A stretch of DNA of 64,000 nt from Myxococcota bacterium (lineage in GTDB: Bacteria; Myxococcota_A; UBA9160; UBA4427): positions 1,472,001-1,536,000 of the forward strand of contig OZ252299.1 in the NCBI GenBank assembly GCA_965250285.1, read 5' to 3'. The first letter of the stretch is position 1. Every line of letters starts with the position of its first letter. Below, piece by piece: positions 40,438 to 50,665 of the stretch. Under the pieces are notes generated by a model that had not been told where the DNA came from, ran no database searches, and saw nothing but the letters and a program-made list of their open reading frames with translations. The translations under genes were made by a program, and so were the position numbers.

Positions 40438-41559
40438 ATGCGCTCATCGAGGAGTCGCCGCGTCCGCCCGGCGTTCGCCCTGGCGTGGGCGTGTGCGTGC
40501 GCACTGGCGGTGGCTTCGAGCAGCGCGGCCGAGGCGGGCGAATCCCCCGACATGCGCGTGCTGCTGTACCGCGGCGCCGGGCCGATCGAGATCGAATCGG
40601 GCGGGCGCCGGGCTCGGTTCGAGGCCACCCGAGAGGGCGTCCGCCGCGACGGCGACACCGTGCGGTCCGAGTGGAAGGTGCCGGCGCGCCGGGGCGCGAA
40701 CGTGGCCGGTCGGCGCGTTCGGGGTGAGCTTCGCGTCTCGACCGACCGCGCTCATCGGCTCGTCGTGGTCAACACGGTGGGGCTCGAAGACTATGTGGCC
40801 GGCGTGCTCGAGGGCGAGATCCCGGCGAGCTGGTCGAGCGAGGCGCTGGCCGCCCAGGCCGTCGCGAGCCGAAGCTACGCCCTGCATCAGCGCAGCCGCC
40901 GTCTGGACGCGCCCTGGCACGTCACGGCGACGACCACCCATCAGGTGTATGCCGACAGCGCCGGCGTCCACGCGGCCATTCGGCGTGCGGTCGACGAGAC
41001 GCGTGGCGAAGTGCTGACCTACCGGGGGCGGCCGATTCTCGCGGCGTTCCACAGCGCCTCGGGCGGCCGCACGGCCAGTGCGGACGAGGTCTGGGGCCGC
41101 TCGCTTCCGTATCTGGTGTCGGTCGACGTGACGGGCGAAGAGGATTCGCCCGACACGTACTGGCGGGCCGGGGTGACGTTCGAGACCCTCGAGCGCCTGC
41201 TCGAGACCGCCGGCGTCGGGGTGGGGCGGGTGCAGGCCGTCGAGATCGCCGCACGTAGCTCGAGTGGGCGCGTCGCCCAGCTCGAGGTGCGCGGCTCCCG
41301 GGGCACGCACACGCTCACCGGCCGTGAGCTGCGGTCGATCGTCGGCGAGTCGACGCTGCGCAGTACGCTCTTCGATCTTCGACCCGAGACCGATCGCGTC
41401 GTCTTCGTCGGCACGGGCCGCGGGCACGGCGTCGGCATGAGCCAATGGGGCGCACAGGCGCTCGCACAGGCGGGGCAGAGGTACCCCGAGATCCTCGCGG
41501 CCTTCTACCCGGGCACGCGGCTCGAAGAACTCAATCGTTCGATGGCCCAACGGCGCTGA
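40438..41559 (+). CDS. SpoIID/LytB domain protein
   Basis: LEDYVAGVL.GEIP, EALAAQAVASRSY and GHGVGMSQWGA motifs. Confidence 0.9.
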   Translation: MRSSRSRRVRPAFALAWACACALAVASSSAAEAGESPDMRVLLYRGAGPIEIESGGRRARFEATREGVRRDGDTVRSEWKVPARRGANVAGRRVRGELRVSTDRAHRLVVVNTVGLEDYVAGVLEGEIPASWSSEALAAQAVASRSYALHQRSRRLDAPWHVTATTTHQVYADSAGVHAAIRRAVDETRGEVLTYRGRPILAAFHSASGGRTASADEVWGRSLPYLVSVDVTGEEDSPDTYWRAGVTFETLERLLETAGVGVGRVQAVEIAARSSSGRVAQLEVRGSRGTHTLTGRELRSIVGESTLRSTLFDLRPETDRVVFVGTGRGHGVGMSQWGAQALAQAGQRYPEILAAFYPGTRLEELNRSMAQRR

Positions 41560-41634
41560 CGCCGACCTGGCCGCGGCCGCCGGCCGGCGCAGTGTCCCCC
41601 GCGTCGGTCGCGCCATGAGAAAGGAAGTCACACG

Positions 41635-41979
41635 GTGGGAAACGAATCCTCCGCACTCTTGATGCAGGCCGGTGGGGCCTCGGACCTGGGTTTCTTCATC
41701 CCGATGGCGGCGGTCTTCCTCATCTTCTACCTCCTCGTGTTCCGGCCGCAGCAGAAGCAGCAGCGGGATCGCGAGGATGCGATCAAGGCGGCGGTCAAGG
41801 GTGACCGCATCATCACATCGGGCGGTCTCTACGGCACGATCACGGGCGTGGACGACGACACGTTCACCGTCGAGATCGGTCGGGTGAAGGGCACCAAGGT
41901 CGAGGTGCAGGTCGCACGATCGCGGGTCGAGAGCGTCACCAAGGCCGGTCAGGCCGACACGGAGAGCGAGAAGTCGTGA
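41635..41979 (+). CDS. yajC: Preprotein translocase subunit YajC
   Basis: FYLLVFRPQQK and GDRIITSGGLYG motifs. Confidence 0.93.
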   Translation: MGNESSALLMQAGGASDLGFFIPMAAVFLIFYLLVFRPQQKQQRDREDAIKAAVKGDRIITSGGLYGTITGVDDDTFTVEIGRVKGTKVEVQVARSRVESVTKAGQADTESEKS

Positions 41980-43577
41980 GTGGCAGAATCCGGTTCAGGG
42001 CGATCTCAGTCGCCTTGCTTTTGGCGGTCTTCACCTGGCTGACCGTCGGGAACTTCGTTCCGAAAGAGGAGCGCGTCGAGAGCGGCTTCTGGCGAAACGA
42101 CGGCTTGAGGCTCGGTCTCGACCTGCAGGGCGGCATCCACTGGGTCGTGGGCGTCAAGATCGAAGAGGCCGAGAACCACGAGCTCGACTACGTACGCCAG
42201 AACATCGTCGACTCGATCGCGGACGACGGCCTGGCCGTGACCTCGGCCCGGGTCGACGCGCAGCGGCTCACGATCGAGGCGACGCCCGACGTGCTGACGG
42301 CGGTGCGCAGTGCGGCCGACGACACGAACGTGTTGCGTGAGACGAACGACGGGGCCGACACCCTCGAGTTCGCGCTTCAAGACGACTGGGTCCAGGAGAT
42401 TCGTGAGCGCACGATGGCGCAGGTGCTCGAGGTGCTGCGGCGTCGGATCAACGATCCAGTCAAGGGCATCCCCGACTCCGTGGTCACCCGCCAGGGCGAC
42501 GATCGGGTGCTCGTGCAGATCCCGGGCGGTCAGATCGACCGGGGGCGGGCGCGCGACCTGCTCAAGTCGACGGGCTTCCTCGAGTTCAAGATCGTGCTCG
42601 ACCGCGACCGGAGCGAGGAGACACTCGCGCAGCGCAACGAGGCGACGATCACCGACGGGACGAACGAGGTCGTGTTCGAGATCGAGCGTGACCCGGCGAC
42701 CGGCGAGGAGGCCCCGATCGGCTACTACCTGGTCCCGAAGGCGCCGGACATCACGGGCGACTACCTCGCCGATGCGCGCGTCGGCTTCGATCAGCAGCAG
42801 CGGCCGATCGTCAACTTCACGTTCAACCCCGACGGTGGGCGGATCTTCGGCGATTTGACCCAGGCGAACCGGGGCGAGCAGCTCGCCATCATTCTCGACG
42901 GCAAGGTCTACAGCGCCCCGGTGATCCAGAGCCGCATCTCGACCCGGGGCCAGATCACCGGCCGGTTCTCGCCGCAGGAAGCCTCGGATCTCGCGGTCGT
43001 GCTGCGCGCCGGCGCGCTCTCGGTGCCCGTCGTGATCGAAGAGGAGCGAACGGTGGGCCCGGCCCTCGGGCAGGATTCGATCGATCGCGGCCTGCGTGCC
43101 TCGATGATCGGCCTCGTGCTCGTGCTCGCGTTCGTCGGCGGCTACTACCGCGTCTCCGGCGGCTACGCCGCCGTGGCGCTCCTCGCGAACCTGGTGCTGC
43201 TCGTGGGCACGATGTCGCTCTTCGAGGCGACGCTCACGCTGCCGGGCATTGCCGGCCTCGTGCTGACGGTGGGCATGGCCGTGGACGCGAACGTGATCAT
43301 CTTCGAGCGCATCCGCGAAGAGCTGCGGGCGGGCAAGACCGTGCGCGCCGCCGTCGCGACTGGCTTCCAGAAGGCGACGTGGACGGTGCTCGACGCCAAC
43401 ATCACGACGCTGATCACCGCGTTGATCCTCTTCGAGTTTGGCACGGGGCCCATCAAGGGCTTCGCTGTGACGCTCTCGATCGGCATCGTCACCAGCGTGT
43501 TCGCTGCGCTCGTGATCACGCGGTTGCTCTTTCAGATCTACCCGGGCGGGCGCAACGTCGCCGAGCTGTCCATCTAA
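41976..43577 (+). CDS. secD: Protein translocase subunit SecD
   Basis: LGLDLQGG, VGPALG and GMAVDANVIIFERIREE motifs. Confidence 0.96.
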   Translation: MSGRIRFRAISVALLLAVFTWLTVGNFVPKEERVESGFWRNDGLRLGLDLQGGIHWVVGVKIEEAENHELDYVRQNIVDSIADDGLAVTSARVDAQRLTIEATPDVLTAVRSAADDTNVLRETNDGADTLEFALQDDWVQEIRERTMAQVLEVLRRRINDPVKGIPDSVVTRQGDDRVLVQIPGGQIDRGRARDLLKSTGFLEFKIVLDRDRSEETLAQRNEATITDGTNEVVFEIERDPATGEEAPIGYYLVPKAPDITGDYLADARVGFDQQQRPIVNFTFNPDGGRIFGDLTQANRGEQLAIILDGKVYSAPVIQSRISTRGQITGRFSPQEASDLAVVLRAGALSVPVVIEEERTVGPALGQDSIDRGLRASMIGLVLVLAFVGGYYRVSGGYAAVALLANLVLLVGTMSLFEATLTLPGIAGLVLTVGMAVDANVIIFERIREELRAGKTVRAAVATGFQKATWTVLDANITTLITALILFEFGTGPIKGFAVTLSIGIVTSVFAALVITRLLFQIYPGGRNVAELSI

Positions 43578-43615
43578 GGCGGCGCCGAAGAACCGGCCCG
43601 AGGAGTCCACAGACA

Positions 43616-44644
43616 ATGCCCTTCCAATTGGTCCCGTCCGGGACGCGGATCGACTTCATCGGCAAGCGTCAGATCTGCGCCGTCGTATCGGTCGCGCTCA
43701 TCGTGATCCCGCTGGTGCTCATCGCGGTGGGTGCGCGCGACATCAAGCTCGGCATCGACTTCGCGGGCGGCAGCGAGGTGCACGTCCAGTTCGCTCCGAG
43801 CGTCGTCGTCGACGAGGGCGTGATCCGCGACGTGCTGCGCACGCATCCCGAGATCGAGGATCCGACCGTCGTCCGCTTCGGCGAGGCCGACGCCAACGAG
43901 TTCCTGATCAAGTTCGCCAGCGACTCCCTCGAAGCCGAGCCCGTCGGCGAAGCCGCCGAGCAGATCGTCGAAGCCTCGGAGGGCGAGGTGGCCGCACAGC
44001 CCGATCAGGTCGAGGAGCTCGAGGCCCTGCTCGCCAGCGAGATCGGCGACATGACGGTGCAGCGCGTCGAGTTCGTGGGCCCGCGGGTCGGGCAGGAGCT
44101 GCAGGCCGACGGCCTGAACTCGCTCTTCTTCGCGAGCCTGGCGATCCTCGCCTACGTCGCGATCCGCTTCAGCTCGCGCTTCGCGCCGGGCGCCGTGGTC
44201 GCTGTGATCCACGATCTGCTGATCACCGCCGGCATCTTCGTGATGCTCGGGCTCGAGTTCGACCTGCGCGTGCTGGCCGCGATGCTCGCGATCCTCGGCT
44301 ACAGCCTGAACGACACGATCATCATCTACGACCGCATCCGAGAGAACCTCGAGCTGCGCACCGCGACCGATCTGCCCGACGTGCTGAACACGTCGGTCAA
44401 CCAGACGCTCTCGCGCACCGTACTGACCAGTGGCACGACCCTGCTCGCGCTGCTCTCGCTCTACTTCCTCGGCGGCGAGGTCATTCGCCCCTTCGCATTC
44501 GCGATGCTGATCGGCGTGCTGGTCGGTACGTACTCGTCGATCTACATCGCGAGCCCGCTGCTGCTGCTGCTCGAGAAGTGGATGGGGCCGCCGTCGGCGA
44601 AGCCGAAGGGCACCAAGTCGGCCAACATGGCCGCCCGGGTCTGA
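43616..44644 (+). CDS. secF: Protein translocase subunit SecF
   Basis: GIDFAGG, GYSLNDTIIIYDRIRE and QTLSRT motifs; ATG at 43616 after GAGGAG. Confidence 0.95.
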   Translation: MPFQLVPSGTRIDFIGKRQICAVVSVALIVIPLVLIAVGARDIKLGIDFAGGSEVHVQFAPSVVVDEGVIRDVLRTHPEIEDPTVVRFGEADANEFLIKFASDSLEAEPVGEAAEQIVEASEGEVAAQPDQVEELEALLASEIGDMTVQRVEFVGPRVGQELQADGLNSLFFASLAILAYVAIRFSSRFAPGAVVAVIHDLLITAGIFVMLGLEFDLRVLAAMLAILGYSLNDTIIIYDRIRENLELRTATDLPDVLNTSVNQTLSRTVLTSGTTLLALLSLYFLGGEVIRPFAFAMLIGVLVGTYSSIYIASPLLLLLEKWMGPPSAKPKGTKSANMAARV

Positions 44645-44672
44645 CCCGGAACGAGCGCACGCACACCGCCAT

Positions 44673-44694
44673 GCGAAGGGCCGTGGGCCTTCGC
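44673..44694. terminator. Hairpin between convergent secF and bactofilin genes
   Basis: gcgaagg-N8-ccttcgc; no U-tract. Confidence 0.3.
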
Positions 44695-44727
44695 GCGAGG
44701 TGCGGGCGTGACTTCGATGGGGTGGAG

Positions 44728-45261
44728 CTAGGCGCTCTTGCGTGAGCCCTCGGCGCCGGTGCTCGGGGCCTTCGGCGTCGCCGCAGCGCCGACCTCGGTC
44801 ATCTGGATGCCGCCGTTGATCACGGCGCCTTCCTGAATGAGCAGCTTGGGCGCCTTGATGTCGCCCTTGACCTCGCCGTTCGAGTGCACCTCGACGCGCT
44901 CGGTCGCCGTCACGTTGCCGGTGATCTTGCCGACCACCTGAACCGACTTCGCGCTCACCTCGGCGGTGATCTGCGCCGTCACGCCGATGGTCAGCTCGTT
45001 GCCGGGCAGCGAGACGGTGCCTTCGACCTGGCCGTCGATCTGGAGATCCTCGTCTCCAGACAGCTCGCCCTTGAATACGATCGACTTGCCGATGTTCGCC
45101 ACGGGTCCCCCCTTCGTGTCGTTCTCGGTTGACTTGCTGCGACGCCCGCGCGGAGCGGCTTCGGGCGGTGAGGTCGGTGCAGGCGTCGAGCCCGTGCCCC
45201 CGAGCGGACGCTCATCGGGCGCGTTGCCGCCGCCTCGGCCCCCGCGATTGAAGATGCCCAC
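44728..45261 (-). CDS. Bactofilin (polymer-forming cytoskeletal protein)
   Basis: IGKSIVFKGEL..DEDLQIDG.VEG...GDIKAP...GAVING beta-helix pattern; N-terminal MGIF..R membrane-targeting-like peptide. Confidence 0.9.
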   Translation of the reverse strand: MGIFNRGGRGGGNAPDERPLGGTGSTPAPTSPPEAAPRGRRSKSTENDTKGGPVANIGKSIVFKGELSGDEDLQIDGQVEGTVSLPGNELTIGVTAQITAEVSAKSVQVVGKITGNVTATERVEVHSNGEVKGDIKAPKLLIQEGAVINGGIQMTEVGAAATPKAPSTGAEGSRKSA

Positions 45262-45493
45262 GTTTGCCCCCTTCGCGCTGCAGTGGCCGTTCGACGAGTT
45301 CAGCGCAGTGCCGACGGGTGTGACGCGATCACTGTTTGCGTCACGACGTCGTCGCTGCAGCGCGGCGCAGAATCTAGCTCACGCCGATTGTCGGGGGGTG
45401 TGGAAATGGGGTGACCGAACGGTGCAACGACTCAGCAGGATCGACCGTGTGCTGCGTCACCATCGAACGGGCTCGTCGAGCCGTCGGCGCACC

Positions 45494-47176
45494 TCAGTCG
45501 AACCGGCGCACCGCGTCGATCTGCACGTTGTGCACCTCGAGGATCGTGCCCATCTCGCGGTCGAGCCGGGCCTGGGAGTCGCGGAACGCCTGCAGCGCCG
45601 TGACCTTCTGGCTCTCGGCATCGACGAGGTCGTTCTGCCGCAGCAGCACGTCGAAGGGCGTCGACTCGCCGTGCTCGAGTCGGATCCGTTCCGCACGCAG
45701 CTGCTCGGCGGCGGCCAGGCGACGACGCTCGGCCGCCTCGACACCTTCGGCCGACGCGATCAGCCCGCGGGCGGCCTGACGAATGTCGACGATGATCCGC
45801 TGCTTGAGCTGCGTCCGCTGAGATTCGGCTCGGCGCAGCTCGAACTCGGCCCGATTGAAGTTCTTGCGGGCCGTGCGATTCGGCAGCGGGATCGAGAATG
45901 TGCCGCCCAATGTGTAGTCGCGGTTGCCGCTGTAGAACTGTTTGGTGGCATCGCCGAAGTTGCCTGAGGTCGGAACGATCGGCGGCGGCCCAGGATCGCC
46001 AGCGGTGTCGCCGTCAATGCCCAAGGTCTTGTGGCGAAACTCGAAGTTGAGGTCGGGGAGGCGCTGATTGCGCGCGAACTTCCGCTGGACCTCGGCCTGG
46101 GAGATCGAGCTCTCGGCCGAACGGATCTCGGGTCGCTTGGCGAATGCGGTCGCGACCGCGCGCTCGACGTTCACGTACTCGATCGTCTCGTAGCCGGGGT
46201 TGTCCGTGGGACTGAAGGTGAGCGCCGTCGTCGCCGTCAGGCGGCGGCCGAGGAGCGTCGCCACGAGCTGATCCTGGCTGTTCTGGTAGTTGTTGCGCGC
46301 CACGATGCGATCGAACTCGCTGCTGGCGACACCGGCCTCGGCCTCGACGACCTCGACCTTCGAGACCACGCCGACGTCGTACTGCGTCTGCGTCTGTTCG
46401 AGCAGGGCGACGTTCGTCTCGAGGGCCTTCTCGGCGACGCGGAGCTGTTCTGCTGAGGCGACGAGTGCCCAGTAGTCGTTGATGATGCCTTGGACCGTGT
46501 CCATCACGGACGTCTCGAAGTCGTCCTGAGACTGCTCCGACGCGTAGCCGAGCGTCCGCACCTGAGTCCACGGTTCGTTCCACAGCAAGCCCTTGAGCAA
46601 GGGCACGTCGGCGGTGAACTCGAGGCCGGCATCGAATTGTGGATTGAAGAGCGGGAAGATGGTGTTGACCTCGGTCTTAGAGCCGGTGAACTGCACGCCG
46701 ACGGTCGCCCCCAAGTAGGGCACCAGCGCAGTCAGCCCGGCCGATCCACCGACGGAATCCTGCGTGAGCTCGTCGATGTCGGCGGCGAAGATGTTGGACG
46801 GCGGCTCTGCCACGTTGTTGTAGGACACGCCAGACGAGAACAGCGGATCGAACGCGCCCCAGCTCGCCTCTTCGTTGAGGCCCGCGATGTACGGTGAGTA
46901 GCGCGCGATCTCGACATTGAGGTTGTTCTTCAGTCCCAACGCGATGGCTTCCGCCAATGACAGCGGCTGCCCGGGGATCTCGCGCGTCGCCGTCGGGTCT
47001 TCGTCTTCGTCGGGCCCGTCGTACATCCCGCTCGCGGCCAGGGCCGATGTGGAGCTGGCCAGCGCCCATGCGATCAGCGCGACGAGCACGAGCCCTCGTC
47101 GCTGGAGTCTGCGGGCGCAGGTCTGCGGAGACGGCGGGCGGGTGCCACCGAGGAAACATCGCGATGTGCTGTGCAT
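45494..47176 (-). CDS. TolC-family outer membrane channel
   Basis: LSLAEAIALGLKNN, AFAKRPEI, NQRLPDL and GESTPFDVL OEP repeats; signal peptide. Confidence 0.88.
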   Translation of the reverse strand: MHSTSRCFLGGTRPPSPQTCARRLQRRGLVLVALIAWALASSTSALAASGMYDGPDEDEDPTATREIPGQPLSLAEAIALGLKNNLNVEIARYSPYIAGLNEEASWGAFDPLFSSGVSYNNVAEPPSNIFAADIDELTQDSVGGSAGLTALVPYLGATVGVQFTGSKTEVNTIFPLFNPQFDAGLEFTADVPLLKGLLWNEPWTQVRTLGYASEQSQDDFETSVMDTVQGIINDYWALVASAEQLRVAEKALETNVALLEQTQTQYDVGVVSKVEVVEAEAGVASSEFDRIVARNNYQNSQDQLVATLLGRRLTATTALTFSPTDNPGYETIEYVNVERAVATAFAKRPEIRSAESSISQAEVQRKFARNQRLPDLNFEFRHKTLGIDGDTAGDPGPPPIVPTSGNFGDATKQFYSGNRDYTLGGTFSIPLPNRTARKNFNRAEFELRRAESQRTQLKQRIIVDIRQAARGLIASAEGVEAAERRRLAAAEQLRAERIRLEHGESTPFDVLLRQNDLVDAESQKVTALQAFRDSQARLDREMGTILEVHNVQIDAVRRFD

Positions 47177-47385
47177 GGAAGTCCTCCGGCGGGGACTTTA
47201 CCCGAGCGCCGGGCTCGCCGCCGTTTCGCGCGACCGGGTTCGATGCACCGTTCGAGCCAGCGGGGACCAAGAAGGTCCGATTCCGCTGCCGAATCGTGCC
47301 TGCTGCCGCGCGTTGTCACTGACCCGGCGCGGCATCCCGCAGCATCGAGGCATCCCGGCGGGCGCCATCCTATTCTCGGGGCGCC

Positions 47386-48102
47386 ATGCGAATCGCGATG
47401 ATCGTCGTTGCTGCCGGACAGGGGGTCCGCTTCGGCCACTCGGTGCCGAAGGCGTTCCTCGAGCTGCGCGGGCAGACCCTGCTCGAGCGCTCGATCCGCG
47501 CCCTCGCCGAGGTGCCCCGCGTGGAGGCGATCGTCCCGGTCGTGCCCGCCGACGCCTTCGAGCGATTCGCGGCGCTCCCGCTGCGCGATCTCGGCGGGCG
47601 CCTGATGCCCCCCGTCGCCGGCGGCCGGGAGCGGCCCGATTCGGTCGCGGCAGGGCTCGTCGCGTTGGGCGACGCCTTCGATCTGGTCGGCGTACATGAC
47701 GCCGCGCGCTGCCTCGTGGCACCCGGCGACGTGGCCCGCGTCATCGACCAGGCCGCCGCGACGGGCGCTGCGATCCTCGCGGCCCCCGTGCGAGATACGA
47801 TCAAGGTCGTCGAGGGGGATCGCATCGTCGACTCGCCCCGGCGCGACACGCTGTGGGCGGCGCAGACGCCCCAGGTGTTCCGAAGCGACTGGCTGCGAGA
47901 CGGGCTGGATCGGGGGCGGGCGGATGGCCTGCACGGCACGGATGATGCGCAGCTGGTCGCGCACGCGGGCCGCGAGGTCGTCGTCGTTCAGGGCAGCGAA
48001 CGAAACATCAAGCTGACGCATCCCAGCGACGTCGCCGTCGCCGAGGCCTGGCTCGACGACGCGGCGGCGGGCGCCCATGCGGCTACCGAGGGGGCGGCGT
48101 GA
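47386..48102 (+). CDS. ispD: 2-C-methyl-D-erythritol 4-phosphate cytidylyltransferase
   Basis: AAGQGVRF...PKAF, VHDAAR, AQTPQVF, TDDA and NIKLT motifs. Confidence 0.95.
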   Translation: MRIAMIVVAAGQGVRFGHSVPKAFLELRGQTLLERSIRALAEVPRVEAIVPVVPADAFERFAALPLRDLGGRLMPPVAGGRERPDSVAAGLVALGDAFDLVGVHDAARCLVAPGDVARVIDQAAATGAAILAAPVRDTIKVVEGDRIVDSPRRDTLWAAQTPQVFRSDWLRDGLDRGRADGLHGTDDAQLVAHAGREVVVVQGSERNIKLTHPSDVAVAEAWLDDAAAGAHAATEGAA

Positions 48103-48575
48103 GGATCGGGCAGGGCTTCGATGCGCATCAGCTCGTCGAGGGGCGTCGGCTCGTGCTCGGCGGCGTCGACATCCCGTACGAGCGCGGGCTCGAAGGGCAC
48201 AGCGACGGCGACACGCTGCTCCACGCGGTGACCGACGCCCTCATCGGCGCGGTGGGCGAGGGCGACCTCGGCCGGCACTTCCCGTCGTCGGACGAAAGCC
48301 TGAAGGGCGTCGCGAGTCACGTGCTGCTCGAGCGCGCCGTCGACATGATGAAGGTGCGGCACCACCGCATCGGCAATCTCGATGCGACGATCATCGCCCA
48401 GGCGCCGCGGCTCGCCGCGCACCAACCGGCCATGCAGTCGAACCTCGTCCGCTGGCTCGGGACCACGCCCGACCGCGTCAACGTGAAGGTGACCAGCACC
48501 GACCACCTGGGCGCCCTCGGGCGCGCGGAGGGGATCGCCGCCCTCGCGGTCGTGCTGCTCGAGCCCGACGTCTAG
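48099..48575 (+). CDS. ispF: 2-C-methyl-D-erythritol 2,4-cyclodiphosphate synthase
   Basis: [15 protein letters not shown] and GRAEGIAA motifs. Confidence 0.95.
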   Translation: MRIGQGFDAHQLVEGRRLVLGGVDIPYERGLEGHSDGDTLLHAVTDALIGAVGEGDLGRHFPSSDESLKGVASHVLLERAVDMMKVRHHRIGNLDATIIAQAPRLAAHQPAMQSNLVRWLGTTPDRVNVKVTSTDHLGALGRAEGIAALAVVLLEPDV

Positions 48576-48585
48576 GGAGCCTGCC

Positions 48586-50595
48586 GTGTCCGACAACGAA
48601 GAGCGACCCTTCGAGCTGGTGAGCGAGTTCGAACCCTCAGGCGATCAGCCCCAGGCGATCGAGCAGCTGGTCGAGGGCGTGAACGCAGGCCTGGCCAACC
48701 AGACGCTGCTCGGCGTGACCGGCAGCGGCAAGACCTACACGATCGCCTGCGTGGTCGAGAAGATCAATCGACCGACCCTGGTGATGTCGCCGAACAAGAC
48801 GCTCGCGGCGCAGCTCTACGCCGAGTTCAAGGATCTCTTCCCGCACAACGCCGTCGAGTACTTCGTGTCGTACTACGACTACTACCAGCCCGAGGCGTAT
48901 ATCGCGGCGAGCGACACCTACATCGAGAAGGACTCGTCGATCAACGACGAGATCGACAAGCTGCGCCACGCCGCGACACACTCGATCCTCACCCGGCGCG
49001 ACACGCTGGTCGTCGCCAGCGTGAGCTGCATCTACGGCCTCGGCGCGCCCGAGAACTACGGCTCGATGCACGCGTATCTCGAGCCGGGCATGCCCTACGT
49101 GCGCGACGACCTGCTGCGGCTGCTGGTCGACATGCAGTACAAGCGCAACGACCATGATTTTCATCGAGGCACGTTTCGCGTCCGGGGCGACATCGTCGAG
49201 ATCTTCCCCCAGTACGAGAGTGAGCGCGCGATCCGTGTCGAGTTCTTCGGCGACGAGATCGACTCGATTGCCGAGATCGACCCGCTCCGCGGCAAGGTCG
49301 TGGCGCGACCCAAGCGGGCGCTGGTGTTTCCGGCGAGCCACTACGTCGCCGGCGACGCGCGGCTCAAGGCAGCGGTCGACGGCATCCGCGAAGAGCTCGA
49401 CGAGCGGATCCAGCATTTCAAGGCCGAGGACAAGCTGCTCGAGGCCCAGCGCATCGAGCAGCGCACGATGTACGACGTCGAGATGCTCGAAGAGCTCGGC
49501 TTCTGTCACGGCGTCGAGAACTACTCCCGCTGGCTCGATGGTCGTTCGGCCGGCCAGACGCCGTACACGCTCTACGACTACCTGCCGGACGACACGTTGG
49601 TCGTCATGGATGAGAGCCACGTCTCGGTGCCTCAGATCGGCGGCATGTACCGCGGCGACCGTGCCCGCAAGGAGACGCTCGTCGACTTCGGCTGGCGGCT
49701 GCCCAGCGCACTCGACAACCGCCCGCTTCAGTTCGAAGAGTGGGAGGAGCGCGCACACCAGCGCGTCTACGTGAGCGCAACGCCCGCCGAGTACGAGCTC
49801 GAGATGAGCGAGGGCGTCGTGGTCGAGCAGATCATCCGACCGACGGGCCTGATGGATCCGGTCATTGAGATCCGCCCGGCGGGTGGGCAGGTGGACGACC
49901 TGCTCGACGAGGTGCGCAAGGTCGTCGACGCCGGCGGGCGCGTGCTCGTCACGACGCTCACCAAGCGCATGGCCGAGGAGCTGACCGAGTACTACGCCGA
50001 CCTGGGCATTCGCGTGCGCTACCTGCACAGCGACGTCAAGACGATCGAGCGCATGGACATCATCCGTGAGCTGCGTGAGGGCGTGTTCGACGTGCTGGTG
50101 GGCATCAACCTGCTGCGCGAGGGGCTCGACATCCCCGAGGTCACCCTGGTCGCGATCCTCGACGCCGACAAGGAGGGCTTCCTGCGCTCGACCCGATCCC
50201 TGATTCAGACGATCGGGCGCGCGGCGCGCAACGCCGACGGTCGCGTGCTGCTCTACGCCGATAGTGAGACCGACTCGATTCGGGAGACGCTCAGCGAGAC
50301 GAATCGGCGGCGCGAGGCCCAGGCCGCCTACAACGAGGCGCACGGCATCACCCCCCAGACCGTGAAGAAGAAGATCACGAGCCTCAAGGACAGCATCTGG
50401 GAGCAGGACTACGTCACGGTGCGCACCGATGACGAGCGCGAGGAGCCCGAGGTGCCGCTGCACGAGCTGCCCAAGGTGATCGCCAGCCTGCGCAAGGAGA
50501 TGCAGGCCGCCGCCAAGGAGCTCGATTTCGAGACGGCCGCGATGATCCGCGATCGCATCCGAATCCTCGAGCGCGACCGCATCCAGCTGACGTGA
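48586..50595 (+). CDS. uvrB: Excinuclease ABC subunit B
   Basis: [22 protein letters not shown] and QTIGRAARN motifs. Confidence 0.97.
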   Translation: MSDNEERPFELVSEFEPSGDQPQAIEQLVEGVNAGLANQTLLGVTGSGKTYTIACVVEKINRPTLVMSPNKTLAAQLYAEFKDLFPHNAVEYFVSYYDYYQPEAYIAASDTYIEKDSSINDEIDKLRHAATHSILTRRDTLVVASVSCIYGLGAPENYGSMHAYLEPGMPYVRDDLLRLLVDMQYKRNDHDFHRGTFRVRGDIVEIFPQYESERAIRVEFFGDEIDSIAEIDPLRGKVVARPKRALVFPASHYVAGDARLKAAVDGIREELDERIQHFKAEDKLLEAQRIEQRTMYDVEMLEELGFCHGVENYSRWLDGRSAGQTPYTLYDYLPDDTLVVMDESHVSVPQIGGMYRGDRARKETLVDFGWRLPSALDNRPLQFEEWEERAHQRVYVSATPAEYELEMSEGVVVEQIIRPTGLMDPVIEIRPAGGQVDDLLDEVRKVVDAGGRVLVTTLTKRMAEELTEYYADLGIRVRYLHSDVKTIERMDIIRELREGVFDVLVGINLLREGLDIPEVTLVAILDADKEGFLRSTRSLIQTIGRAARNADGRVLLYADSETDSIRETLSETNRRREAQAAYNEAHGITPQTVKKKITSLKDSIWEQDYVTVRTDDEREEPEVPLHELPKVIASLRKEMQAAAKELDFETAAMIRDRIRILERDRIQLT

Positions 50596-50665
50596 CGACG
50601 CGAGCTGGCCGGTCGACGCGCGTCCCGGGTGAGTCTCGGGGCGCGATGCGCGATCCTCTGTCGTC

